Assembly (NCBI RefSeq): GCF_964213995.1
Contig: NC_135821.1
Location: forward strand, 10,478,001-10,542,000
Reading direction: 5' to 3'
DNA length: 64,000 nt
Source of the DNA: Mustelus asterias
Taxonomy: Eukaryota
A model generated the notes under the pieces. The model saw only the letters and a list, made by a program, of their open reading frames with translations. It was not told where the DNA came from and did no database searches. The translations under genes and the position numbers were made by a program. The stretch's first letter is position 1. Each line of letters opens with the position of its first letter. Positions 47,632 through 60,345 of this stretch are shown here, in pieces.

Positions 47632-49452
47632 TTTGATTTGATTTTGATTTGATTTGATTTATTATTGTCACATGTATTAACATACAGTGAAAAGTATTGT
47701 TTCTTGTGCACGATACAGACAAAGCATACCATTCATAGAGAAGGAAATCATAGAAATCATAGAAACCCTACAGTGCAGAAGGAGGCCATTCGGCCCATCG
47801 GGTCTGCACCGACCACAATCCCACCCAGGCCCTACCCCCACATATTTTACCCGCTAATCCCTCTAACCTACGCATCCCAGGACTCTAAGGGGCAATTTTT
47901 AACCTGGCCAATCAACCTAACCCGCACATCTTTGGACTGTGGGAGGAAACCGGAGCACCCGGAGAAAACCCACGCAGACACGAGGAGAATGTGCAAACTC
48001 CACACAGACAGTGACCCGAGCCGGGAATCGAACCTGGGGCCCTGGAGCTGTGAAGCAGCAGTGCTAACCACTGTGCTACCGTGCCGCCCTGAGTGAGTCA
48101 GATATGAGGGAGTGTAGAATGTAGTGTTACAGTCATAGCTAGGGGTGCAGAGAAAGATCAACTTAATGTGAGGTAGGTCCATTCAAAAGTCTGACAGCAG
48201 CAGGGAAGAAGCTGTTCTTGAGTCGGTTGGTACGTGACCTCAGACTTTTGTATCTTTTTCCCGAAGGAAGAAGTTGGAAGAGAGAATGTTCGCGGTGCGT
48301 GGGGTCCTTAATTATGTTGGCTGCTTTGCCGAGGGAAGTGTAGACAGAGTCAATGGATGGGAGGCTGGTTTGCGTGATGGATTGGGCTACATTAACGACC
48401 CTTTGTAGTTCCTTGCGGTCTTGGGCAGAGCCGGAGCCATACCAAGCCGTGATATATTTGGAAAGGATGCTTTCTATGGTGCATCTGTAAAGGTTGGTGA
48501 GAGTCATAGCGGAAATGCCAAATTTCCTTAGTCTTCTGAGAAAGTAGAGGCGTTGGTGGGGCTTTTTTAACTATAGTGTCAGCATGTGGGGGATCAGGAC
48601 AGGTTGTTGGTGATCTGGACACCTAAAAACTTGAAACTCTCGATCCTTTCTACTTCGTCTCCGTTGATGTAGGCAGGGGCATGTTCTCCTTTACGCTTCC
48701 TGAAGTCGATGACAATCTCCTTCGTTTTGTTGACATTGGAGGGAGAGATTATTGTTGCCGCACCAGTTCACCAGATTCTCTATCTCATTCCTGTACTTTG
48801 TCTCATTACTGTTTGAGATCCAATCCACTACAGTGGTGTCGTCAGCAAACTTGAAAATCGAATTGGAGGGGAATTTGGCCACACAGTCATAGGTGTATAA
48901 GGAGTATAGTGGGGGGCTGAGAACACAGCCTTGTGGGGCACCGGTGTTGAGGATGATCGGGGAGGAGGTGTTGTTGCCTATCCTTACTGATTGTGGTCTG
49001 TGGGTTAGGAAGTTCAGGATCCAGTCGCAGAGGGAGGAGCCGAGGCCCAGGCCACAGAGTTTGGAGATGAGTTTTGTGGGAATAATAGTATTGAAGGCTG
49101 AGCTGTAATCAATAAATAGGAATCTGGTGTAGGCTTCCTTGTTATCTAGGCATTCCAGGGTTGAGTGCAGGGCCAGGGAAATGGCGTCTGCTGTGGACCT
49201 GTTGCGGCGGTAGGCAAACTGTAGTGGGTCCAGGCAGTCCGGGAGGCTGGAATTGATTCGTGCCATGACTAGCCTTTCGAAGCACTTCATAATGATGGAT
49301 GTCAGAACCACCAGCCGATAGTCATTAAGGCACGCTGCTTGGTTTTTTTTAGGTACTGGAAAGATGGTCGTCTTCTTGAAGCAGATAGGGACCTCAGATT
49401 GTTGTAAAGAGAGGTTAAAGATATCTGTGAATTCCCCCGCCAGCTGATCCGG
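47632..49452 (-). mobile_element. Rex1/Babar LINE, 5'-truncated, with RT domain; HE1 inserted at 47746-48089
   Basis: [45 protein letters not shown] motifs; (CAAAT)n tail. Confidence 0.92.
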
Positions 49453-49454
49453 CT

Positions 49455-49902
49455 GTAGGTACACCCACAGTGCTGTTAGGGGGGGATTTTGACCCAGCGA
49501 CAGCGAAGGAATGGTGATATATTTCCAAGTCGGGATGGTGAGTGGCTTGGAGGGAATTTGCAGGTGGTGGTGCTCCCATGTATCTGCTGCCCTTGTCCTT
49601 CTAGATGGAAGTGGTCATGGGTTTGGAAGGTGCTGTCTAAGGATCTTTGGTGAATTGCTGCAGTGCATCTTGTAGATGGTACACACTGCTGCTACTGAGC
49701 GTCGGTGGTGGAGGGAGTGGATGTTTGTAGATGTGGTGCCAATCAAGCGGGGCTGCTTTGTCCTGGATGGTGTCGAGCTTCTTGAGTGTCGTTGGAGCTG
49801 CGCCCATCCAGACAAGTGGGGAGTATTCCATCACACTCCTGACTTGTGCCTTGTAGATGGCGGACAGGCTTAGGGGAGTCAGGAGGTGAGTTACTCCTCG
49901 CA
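49455..49902 (-). mobile_element. CR1/Jockey-group LINE 3' fragment (related pieces at about 9310-9600, 27980-28265, 53560-53846, 54605-54865)
   Basis: MEYSPLVWMGAAPTTLKKLDTIQDKAA and HSLHHRRSVAAVCTIYKMH peptides. Confidence 0.75.
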
Positions 49903-50203
49903 GGGTTTATAGTTGTTTGGTTGGATGCAAAACGCTCAGAATATCAGCAGACACAATAAAGATTTCTTGCATTGATACGGAACACATCAGAGCACCCAGA
50001 AACTGCTTGTAGCTAGCTTTGATATCACTTGAGGAAAGGCAGCAGCTATTTTGAATGCAGCACTGTCCTCCAAACAAGATTCAGATCAATTGGGATTTAA
50101 TCAGCTTTGGGCAGATCTGATTGATACATTACAGTGGACACATGGGGATGGTAGGTTATCAGTTCAGATAGGACCTTAACTTAACATCAATCTGCACCTC
50201 TGA

Positions 50204-50692
50204 CAGTGCGGCGCTCCCCCGGTGTGGCACTTCCTCAGTGAGGCAGTCCCCCAGTGCAGCCCTCCCTCAGCGCGGCGCTCCCTCAGTGGGGTACCCTCTC
50301 AGTGCAGTGCTCCCTCAATGCAGCGCTCCCTCAGTATGGCGTTACCTCAGTATAGCGTTATCTCAGTGCGGCACTCACTCAGTGCGGTGCTCCCTCAATG
50401 CAGCGCTCCCTCAGTGCGGCGCTCCCTCAGTATGACGTTACCTCAGTGCGGCACTCCCTCAGTGCGGCGCTCCCTCAGTATGACGTTACCTCAGTGCGGC
50501 ACTCCCTCAGTGCGGCGCTCCCTCAGTATGACGTTACCTCAGTGCGGCACTCCCTCAGTGCGGCACTCACTCAGTGCGGTGCTCCCTCAATGCAGCGCTC
50601 CCTCAGTGCGGCGCTCCCTCAGTATGACGTTACCTCAGTGCGGCACTCACTCAGTGCAGCGCTCCCTTAGTGCAGCACTCCCTCTGTGCGGC
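50204..50692. repeat. 16-bp minisatellite (CAGTGCGGCGCTCCCT)n, about 30 units, with higher-order periodicity
   Basis: Unit visible directly; variant CAGTATGACGTTACCT recurs every third unit in part of the array. Confidence 0.9.
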
Positions 50693-51344
50693 AGTTGAGA
50701 GTCAACCACACTGGCTCTGGAGTCACATGTAGGCCAGACCAGGGTAAGGACGGCAGATTTCCTTCCCTAGAGGGACATTAGTGAACCAGATGGGTTTTTC
50801 TGACAATCGGCAATAGTTTCATGGTCATCAGTAGATTATTAATTCCAAATTTTTTTTATTGAATTCAAATTCCACCATCTGCCGTGGTGGGATTCGAACC
50901 CGTGTCCCCAGAACATTAGCTGAGTTTCTGGATTAATAGTTTAGCGATGATACCACTAGGTCATCGCCTCCCCGTGGGTTTATCGATGACCGTCAGCTCC
51001 TTATCTCGCTTCCGGGTGTCCTTACTGCGGAGGTTTGGGATGCCCAAGAGGTCATGACCCAGTGGCCAACTCCTTCATCCAGCCAATGGATGTGTCTGAG
51101 CCAGAGCAGATGTCGTTGTCTTGGTGACGTACGATAAAATTAGCCCGTGTCAATCCAAAACACTTCAATCTCACCTCGAGTGCAAAAGTATTTTGTAACG
51201 GGTCTATTCACGATGCTCTGTCGTTTCTCGGAGAGTTGCTGTTACTCTAGCATCAAAATAAAAATAGACGGTACAAAATAAACTTACCCCAAGTCACCTC
51301 ATGCAGGAAGCTAACACATTCTGAATAGTTGGCTTGAGGGAGTT

Positions 51345-51656
51345 TTTTAGTTTAGTTTATTTATTAGTGTCACAAGTAGGCTTACATTAACACTGCAGTG
51401 AAGTTACTGTAAAAATCCCCTAGTCGCCACAATCCGGCGCCTGTTCGGGTACACTGAGGGAGAATTTAGCATGGCTAATGCACCTATAACCAACATGTCT
51501 TTCGGACTGTGGGAGGAAACCGGAGCACCCGGAGGAAACCCACGCAGACATGGGGAGAACGTGTAGACTCCGCACAGACAGTGACCCAAGTCAGGAATCG
51601 AACCTGGGTCCCTGGTGCTGTGAGGCCGCAGTGCTAACCACTGTGCCACCGTGCCG
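51345..51656 (-). mobile_element. V-SINE with alternative tail, full length
   Basis: Head and V-domain as in HE1; tail ...GCCTACTTGTGACACTAATAAATAAACTAAACT. Confidence 0.85.
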
Positions 51657-52445
51657 TTTAAAAGGGGGGGGCAAGGGGACTCTCACACAAATTAAGCTGT
51701 GGACAGTTTGTGGATAGACAGGGACCAGAGGAGTGGGGAGATTGGAAGAGCGAGAATTACATTTAGTAGCAGGTTGATCTCAGGCTCTTGGAGACGGAGG
51801 CAGAGGTAGGCCAATTGGCTCACCAATTCAAGACTTCCTATTGGTCACCCAATTCTTAAATCATTTTAGTTTTTGCTTCCTGAGGTCGCGTACCAACCGA
51901 CTCGAGAACAGCTTCTTCCCTGCTGCTGTCAGACTTTTGAGTGGACTTTGGTGCATTGGCCATGCTAAATTCTCCCTCAGTCTACCCGAACAGGAGTGTG
52001 GCGACTAGGGGATTTTCACAGTAACTTCATTGCAGTGTTAACGTAAGCCGACTTGGGCAATAATTGGCCGGGTTGGATTTGTTTTGCTTTTTGTGTACAG
52101 GGTTTAGCTGGGCGAGTTTCCTCATTGCTGGTTAGGTGCCAGTGTTGTGTCTGTCCTGGAACAGCTTGGCTTGGGGCACGGCTAGTTCTGGAGCACAAAT
52201 CTTCCATTGCTGGAATATTGTCAGGGCCCATATCCTTTTCTTGCCTTTAATCACTCACCCCATCTCCTGCTGTCATTAAGTAGCAATGACAGCCCATTCT
52301 CCATTTAGATTCCAGTGTTCAGGGAATTCTCCTTTCTAGTCACCTCCTTTCAAATCTGAGATACCTTATTGTCCGCATTTCAGGCCCTGAGCTTAGCCCT
52401 CCGATGTCAGTCATGTGACCCTAAAGTCTCTTGTTTGGCTCTCTT

Positions 52446-52770
52446 TCATAGCATCCCTACAGTGCAGAAGGAGGCCATTCGGCCCATCGAGTCTGCACCG
52501 ACCACAATCCCAACCAGGCCCTATCTCCATAACCCCATGCATTTACCCTAGCTAGCCCCCTGACACTAAGGGGCAATTTAGCATGGCCAATCCACCTAAC
52601 CCGCACATCTTTGGACTGTGGGAGGAAACCGGAGCACCCGGAGGAAACCCACGCAGACACGGGGAGAATGTGCAAACTCCACACAGACAGTGATCTGAGG
52701 CCCGGAATTGAACCCGGGGCCCTGGCGCTGTGAGGCAGCAGTGCTAACCCACTGTGCTACCGTGCTGCCC
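52446..52770 (-). mobile_element. HE1-type V-SINE
   Basis: Full-length copy. Confidence 0.85.
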
Positions 52771-53157
52771 CCAAAAGAGCTTTCTCACCCTTCAAGTCGC
52801 ATCACCAAAGTTCTTGGGACATGGGCGTCGCTGGCTGGGCCAGCATTTGTTGCCCATCCCTAATTGCCCTTGAGCTGAGTAGCTTGCAAGGTCAGAGGGC
52901 AGTTAAGAGTCAACCACATTGCTGTAGCTCTGGAGTCACATAGAGTCATAGAGGTTTACAGCATGGAAACAGGCCCTTCGGCCCAACTTGTCCATGCCGC
53001 CCTTTTTTTAAAAACCCCGAAGCTAATTCCAATTGCCCGCATTTGGCCCATATCCCTCTATACCCATCTTACCCATGTAACTATCTACATGCTTTTTAAA
53101 AGACAAAATTGTACAAAATTGTACCTGCCCCCTACTACTACCTCTGGCAGCTCGTTC

Positions 53158-53550
53158 CATGCTAAATTGCCCCTCAGTGTCTAAAGATGTGTAGGTTCGG
53201 TGGATTGGCCGTGCTAAATTGCCCCTTAGTGTCCAAAGATGTGTGGGTTAGGTGGATTGGCCATGCTAAATTGCCCCTTAGTGTCCAAAGATGTGTAGGT
53301 TAGGTGGATTGGCCAAGCTAAATTGCCCCTTAGTGTCCAAAGATGTGTAGGTTAGGTGGATTGGCCATGCTAAATTGCCCCTTTGTGTCCAAAGATGTGT
53401 AGGTTCGGCGGATGGGCCATGCTAAATTGCCCCTTAGTGTCAGGGGGATTAGCATATGTGGGGTTACAGGAATAGGACCTGGGTGGGATTGTAGTCGGTG
53501 CAGATTCGATGGGCCGAATGGCCTCCTTCTGCACTGGAGGGATTCGATGA
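53158..53550 (+). repeat. HE1 3' half with about 5-6 tandem 52-bp units
   Basis: Tandem units over 53158-53440. Confidence 0.8.
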
Positions 53551-54280
53551 TAATTTATGACCGCTTCCATCTAGAAGGACAAGGGCAGCAGATACATGGG
53601 AACACCACCACCTGCAAGTTCCCCTCCAAACCCTCACCAACCTGACTTGGAAATATATCGCCGTTCCTTCACAGTCGCTGGGTCAAAATCCTAGGAACTC
53701 CCTCCCTAACAGCACTGTGGGTGTACCTACACCTCAGGGACTGCAGCGATTCAAGAAGGCAGCTCACCACCACCTTCTCAAGGGGCAGTTAGGGATGGGC
53801 AATAAATGCTGGCCCAGCCAGCGACGCCCATGTCCCACAAATGAATATAATCTTATAAAAGGGATGTGGAGTCACAGGAGAGGGTGCAGAAAAGGATGGT
53901 ATCTGAAGTGTACCCGGTTTCTGCCGGATCTGCTCACAGTCTCCGCTCCATCGCTGTAGCCAGGGTTTTGCAGTGGCCATGAGAGAGGGGGAACTCCCAA
54001 ACCTCTTCCAAGTGCCCCTTTCCCTGCCGGAGTCAGGGAGGGGGCACTTTGGGCATTCAAATGGAGGGAGGGCGTCAGGCAGATACGCCTGGGACCTCCA
54101 CTCGGGAATTTTGAGGCTATCTGCCATTTCGATTCCCCATTGTCTGAAAGCCCATCAGCCTCTGGGACTACAGAGGGGGCACCCTCCCCGGTTCAAGAGA
54201 CCCAAACTAAGCCGGGACCCTCCAGGCCTCAAAGTTCCAGACGACTCCCGTCAAAGACATCAAAGACAACTGAGATGATT

Positions 54281-54603
54281 GGGGCGGCACGGTGGCACAG
54301 TGGCTGGCACTGCTACCTCACAGCGCCAGGGACCCGGGTTCAATTCCTGGCTTGGGTCACTGTCTGTGTGGAGTCTGCACATTCTCCCCGTGTCTGCGTG
54401 GGTTTCCTCCGGGTGCTCCAGCTTCCTCCCACAGTCCAAAGATGTGCGAGCTAGGTTGATTGGCCATGCTAAATTGTCCCTTAGTGTCAGGAGGTTAGTA
54501 GGGTAAATAAGTAGGGTTACGAGAATAGGGCCTGGTTGGGATTGTGGTCGGTGCAGACTCGATGGGTTGAATGGCCTCCTTCTGCACTGTAGGGATTCTA
54601 TGA
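54281..54603 (+). mobile_element. HE1-type V-SINE
   Basis: Full-length copy. Confidence 0.85.
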
Positions 54604-55333
54604 CTGGCCTCAACCACAACAACCATCTTCCTTTGTGCCAGGAATGACTCCAACCAGTGGAGAGTTTTCCCCCTGATTCTCAGTGACTCCAGTTTTGCTC
54701 GGGCTCCTGGATGCCACACTCGGTCAAATGCTGCCTTGGTGTCAGGGGGCAGTCACTCTCACCTCACCTCTGGAGTTCAGCTCTTTGTTTGAACCAAGGC
54801 TGTATTGAGGTCACGAGTTTAGGGACACTGGCAGAACCCAAACTGGGTGTCCGTGAGCAGGTTATGACTGAATAAACCAAAAGAGAAGATGCTGGAAAAT
54901 CTCAGCGGGTCTGGCAGCATCTGTAAGGAGAGAAAAGAGCTGACGTTTCGAGTCCAGATGACCCTTTGTCAAAGCTAAAAGGAGTAGCAAGTGTGAGATA
55001 TTTATACTGCAGGGGGAGGGAATGAAAGATGATTCGTTGCCACAGAAACCAGGGGAAAGGCTAAGAGGTTTCAGCTTCTCTGCCGTTTGGCCATTCACAC
55101 CCTTTATTCTGTCTATGGACAGCCATTAGCAGCCTTTTCCTCTGGTTTTTAGTTGCTTCTCCCCTGGTGTTTAGGTGCTCCCAACATCCCTGCTGCAGAT
55201 GTTGGGAGCACCTAAACACAGTGGCGGGGAACGTAACATTAAGAAGTACTGATCTTACTCTGGTTCCAGGGAAACGTTATTGTTGGCGCACACTTCCTAA
55301 CGGAGGTTTGGTTGTACTTTAAGGACAGCTGAT

Positions 55334-55640
55334 TGATGCGCGATTAAATCACTCGGGAGGCTAGATTGTACCCGGGAAATAAAGGCTTTTATTACTAACA
55401 AGAATGGAGCACACTATATACAATACAATCCCAGACTAAAGGGTCACCAGGCAGTGCAGTGACCTTTATACCTCCCCAGGTAGGCGGAGCCAACTGGAGT
55501 GTACCGCAGAACAATATCAACAGGTAGAACAGCCCAACCCTAACCCCAACAGTGACAACAGTAACATATCTACAAACACCCATAGTGCTGACCATCCATG
55601 GCTCAGCACTCATAGTGGTAACCAACTATGGTTCACCACA
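55334..55640 (-). mobile_element. Solo LTR (307 bp), same family as 13848-15415
   Basis: TG...CA ends; perfect 5-bp TSD CTGAT at 55329-55333 and 55641-55645; only two diverged 30-bp units. Confidence 0.85.
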
Positions 55641-55789
55641 CTGATGTCTTTTCGTTGTGTCTGTTTGCTTCAGTGTCTGTGCGCACTCTGTATATTCAAG
55701 GGGAAAATCCTGTCGGGCTCTATGTCCCTCTAGCAGGGAAACACCGGCCTTTGCCACACCCCTGGCGGGCAATGTGCCAGAAGCCTCCC

Positions 55790-56985
55790 TTGATTTGATT
55801 TGATTTATTATTGTCACATGTATTAACATACAGTGAGAAGTATTGTTTCTTGCACGCTATACAGACAAAACATACCATTCATAGAGAAGGAAAGGAGAGG
55901 GTGCAGAATGTAGTGTTACAGTCATAGCTAGGGTGTAGAGAAAGATCAACTTAATACAAAGTGGGTCCATTCTAAAGCCTGACGGCAGCAGGGAAGAAGC
56001 TGTTCTTGAGTCGGTTGGTACGTGACCTCAGACTTTTGTATCTTTTTCCCGACGGAAGAACTGCAACTCTGCCCACCTGAGGACCCTACTCCCAACCAGC
56101 CTCTCTGCAGCTGGACTTTGAGTCAATAGCAAGTCATGGAGCCCTGCAGTGCAGAAGAGGCCGTTTCCATCCATACACTTCCTGCTGCCTCGGCAAAGCA
56201 GCCAGCATAATCAAGGCCCACACACCCCGGACATTCTCTCTTCCACCTTCTTCCGTTGGGAAAAAGATGCAGAAGTCTGAGGTCACGTACCGACCGACTC
56301 AAGGACAGCTTCTTCCCTGCCGCCAGCAGACTTTTGAATGGACCTACCTCGCATTAAGTTGATCTTTCTCTACACCCGAGCTATGACTGTAACACTACAT
56401 TCTGCACTCTCTCGTTTCTTTCTCTATGAATGGTATGCTCTGCATAGCGCGTAAGAAACAATACTTTTCACTGTATGTTAATACATGTAAGAGTTTTAAC
56501 AACACCAGGTTAAAGTCCAACAGGTTTATTTGGTAGCAAATACCATAAGCTTTCGGAGTGCTGCTCCTTCGTCAGATGGAGTGGAAATGTGCTCTCAAAC
56601 AGTGCAAACAGACAAAATCAAGTTACAGAATACTGATTAGAATGCGAATCCTACAGCCAGCCAGGTCTTAAAGGTTCAGACAATGTGGGTGGAGGGAACA
56701 TTAAACACAGGTTAAAGAGATGTGTATTGTCTCCAGACAGAACAGCTAGTGAGATTCTACAAGCCCAGGAGGCAGGCTGTGGGGGTTACTGATAATGTGA
56801 CATAAATCCAACATCCCGGTTTAGGCTGTCCTCATGTGTGCGGAACTTGGCTATCAGTTTCTGCTCAGCGACTCTGCGCTGTCGTGTGTCGTGAAGGCCG
56901 CCTTGGAGAACGCTTACCTGAAGATCCAAGGCTGAATGCCCGTGACTGCATGTGACAGTAATAAACCAAATCAAATCAAATCAAA
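55790..56985. mobile_element. Rex1/Babar 3' fragments (minus 55790-56060, plus 56165-56985) with a Penelope-like insert at 56487-56948 (minus; hammerhead at 56543-56579)
   Basis: VSVLQGGLHDTRQRRVAEQKLIAKFRTHEDSLNRD peptide; CATG duplicated at the insertion site. Confidence 0.82.
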
Positions 56986-57240
56986 TTTGGCCCATCTTGT
57001 GTGCACCGACTCTCTGACAGAGCATCTCACCCAGACCCTCTGCCCTTCGCCCTATCCCTGTAACCCCATACATTTCCCTTGGCCAATCCAGCTAACCTGC
57101 ACATCTTTGGACTACGGAGCATACCATTCATAGAGAAGGAAACAAGAGGGTGCAGAATGTAGTGTTACAGTCATAGCTAGGGTGTAGAGAAAGATCAACT
57201 TAGTGCAAGGTAGGTCCATTCAAAAGTCTGATGGTAGCAG

Positions 57241-58031
57241 GCCCACCCCAGCCCTATCCCTGTAACCCCAATTTTACCCGCTATTGCCCTAACCTACAAA
57301 GTTTTCGACACTAAGGGGCAATTTAGCATGGCCAATGCGCCCTAACCAGTACATCTTTCGGACTGTGGGAGGAAACTGGAGCACTCGGAGGAAACCCACG
57401 CAGATTTGGGGAGAATGTGCAGACTCCGCACAGACAGTGACCCGAGGCCGGAATTGAACACAGGTCCCTGGCACCGTGTGGCAGCAGTGCTAACCACTGT
57501 GCCACCGTGCCACCCAAATAGGAGCCAGGGGGTCTTTTACAGCGTGAAGGGGGGGCTTCGACTTAACGTCGCATCCGAAGGACAGTGCCTCTGGCAGCGC
57601 AGCACTCCCTCAATACCGCGCTACAACGTTCACACTGCGGTCAGTGGGTGACAAGTGGCCCACCGGGTCCCAGCTCACAATGTCCAGGCAACGGTGGCAC
57701 AGTGGGTTAGCGCTGCTGCCTCACAGCACCAGGGACCCGGGTTCGATTCCCGGCTTGGGTCACCGTCTGTGCCGAGTCTGCACGTTCTCCCCGTGTCTGC
57801 GTGGGTTTCCTCCGGGTGCTCGGGTTTCCTCCCACACTCCAAAGATGTGCAGGTTGGGTGGATTTCCATGCTAAATTGCCCCCTCAGTGTCCAAAGATGT
57901 TTAAATTAGGTGGATTAGCCATGGTAAATACATGGAGTTACGGGGATAGGGGCTGGAGTGGGATTGCTGTCGGTGCAGGCTCGATGGGCCGAATGGTCAC
58001 CTCTGTACTGTAGGGATTGTGTGATTCTATG
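57241..58031. mobile_element. Two head-to-head HE1 SINEs (minus 57241-57515, plus 57687-58031)
   Basis: Heads, V-domains and tails visible. Confidence 0.8.
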
Positions 58032-58790
58032 AATTGAACCCCGCGATCCCTCAGATTTTTCCCTCTTCTGTGGGCCTGGTTGTTTGGGGAGAGTTGTTCT
58101 TTGTGCTGGGTGGGGTGGTGGGAGGGGGAAGGGGGTGGAGGGGGTGTAGAGGGGCTAGAGATTCCTAAACGAGAGCACCCGGGGGTTGTTGTTGTCAGGA
58201 ACCAAGTTGGAACATGTTTCCACCTCCTCCGTCGCATTACACATTGAAACCACCAAACCGCAGGGTTGATATCTCTCAACCTCCTGCTCTGCTGGGCTCT
58301 GAGCGATTGTTTGATATTCAGCGCGATTCTGTTGACCAGATGTTATCTCTCAAAATCATCAGAGTCTTTATTCCTGTGCAGTAGAGGAAGTCGCATTAGC
58401 ATGCCTGATAAATATAACCGAAGTAGGTGGGTGTCACGTCCGTCGAAGAGACTCTCCGCCAGTCGGAGGGGAGTGTGGGGGAGGGGATGGGGGAGGGGAT
58501 GCAGTTGTCTCTGGGACACTCCTCTTCTGACATCCGCGTTGCAACTTGCGTGCAAAATGGTCTCGTTGAGAAGGGACATTGCCTGTGTGGACATCCGAGT
58601 GGACGCATAAGAAGGAGGAGACTCGATGGGCCGAATGGCCTAATTTTGCTCCCATGGCTTCGGGACTCCCAGCGGGAGTGGGGCCGACCAACAGGATGAA
58701 ATTTGTCCAAATATCTCTCGTCAAGAATCCGGCTGGGACACCAGATCACTTACAGAATGACTGCACATCCACGATTGGCCAAGCTAAATT

Positions 58791-59562
58791 GAACAAAGAA
58801 CAAAGAAAAGAACAAAGAACAAAGAAAATTACAGCACAGGAACAGGCCCTTCGGCCCTCCAAGCCTGCACCGACCATGCTGTCCGACTGAACTAAAACCC
58901 CCTACCCTTCTGGGGACCATATCCCTCTATTCCCATCCTATTCATGTATTTGTCCAGATGCCCCTTAAAAGCCACTACCGTATCCGCTTCCACTACCTCC
59001 CCCGGCAACGAGTTCCAGGCACCCACCACTCTCTGTGTAAAAGATCTGCCTCGTATATCTCCTTTAAACCTTGCCCCTCGCACCTTAAACCTGTGCCCCC
59101 TAGTAATTGACTCTTCCACCCTGGGAAAAAGCTTCTGACTATCCACTCTGTCCATGCTTCTCATAATCTTGTAGACTTCTATCAGGCCACCCCTCAACCT
59201 CCGTCGTTCCAGTCAGAACAAACCAAGTTTCTCCAACCTCTCCTCATAGCTAATGCCCTCCATACCAGGCAACATCCTGGTAAATCTTTTCTGTACCCTC
59301 TCCAAAGTCTCCACATCCTCCTGGTAGTGTGGCGACCAGAATTGAACACTATATTCCAAGTGCGGCCTAACTAAGGTTCTATAAAGCTGCAACATGACTT
59401 GCCAGTTTTTAAACTCAATGCCCCAGCCAAAGAAGGCAAGCATGCCGTATGCCTTCTTGACTACCTTCTCCACCTGCATTGCCACTTTCAGTGACCTGTG
59501 TACCTGTACACCCAGATCCCTTTACCTATCAATACGCTTAAGGGTTCTGCCATTTACTGTAT
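58791..59562 (-). mobile_element. CR1 LINE 3' fragment
   Basis: ORFs 59213-59485 and 58892-59197; (TTCTTTG)n tail. Confidence 0.88.
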
Positions 59563-59569
59563 AGAACAG

Positions 59570-60345
59570 TATTGCCATGTTAAATTGCCCCATAGTGTCC
59601 AAAGATATGCATGTTAGGTGGATTGGCCATGCTAAATTGCCCCTTAGTGTCCAACGATGTGTAGGTTAGGTGGATTAGCCATGCTAAATTGCCCCCTAGT
59701 GTTCAAAGATCTATAGGTTAGGTGGATTGGCTATGGTAAATTGCCCCTTAGTATCCAAAAATGTGTTGGTTAGATGGATTGGCCATGCTAAATTGCTCCT
59801 TAGTGTCCAAAGATGTGTAGGTTAGGTGGATTGGCCATGCTAAATTGCTCCTTAGCGTCCAACGATGTGTAGGTTAGGTGGATTGGCCATGCTAAATTGC
59901 TCCTTAGTGTCCAAAGATGTGTAGGTTAGGTGGATTGGCCATGCTAAATTGTCCCCTAGTATTCAAAGATCTGTAGGACAGGTGGATTGACTATGGTAAA
60001 TTGCCCCATAGTGTCCAAACATGGGTAGGTTAGGGGAATTGGCCATGCTAAATTGCCCCTTAGTGTCCAAAGATGTGTAGGCTAGGGGAATTGGCCATGC
60101 TAAATTGCACCTTAGTGTCCAAAGATGTGCAGGTTAGGTGGATTGGCCATGTTAAATTGCCCCTTACTGTCCAAAGATGTGTAGGTTAGGTGGGCTAGCA
60201 GGGTAAATTGCCCTTTCTTGTCCCAAGATATGTAAATTAGGGTAATTAATGGAGTAAATATGTGACGTTAGGGTTTTCTGTTGGAGAATTGGTGCAGAAC
60301 CAAGGGGCCGAATGGCCTCCCTCTGCACTGTAGGGATTCTATAAT
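59570..60345 (+). repeat. HE1-derived 52-bp tandem array (about 12 units) plus tail
   Basis: Units over about 59570-60190. Confidence 0.85.

Noticed and set aside
50222-50698. 158-aa repetitive ORF
   Set aside because: Translation of the 16-bp minisatellite
51175-51320. Two small minus-strand exon-like pieces (51320-51288 and 51246-51175) near a CCAAT-rich patch at about 51810-51855
   Set aside because: The implied intron is only about 41 nt and the second piece has stops in all three frames
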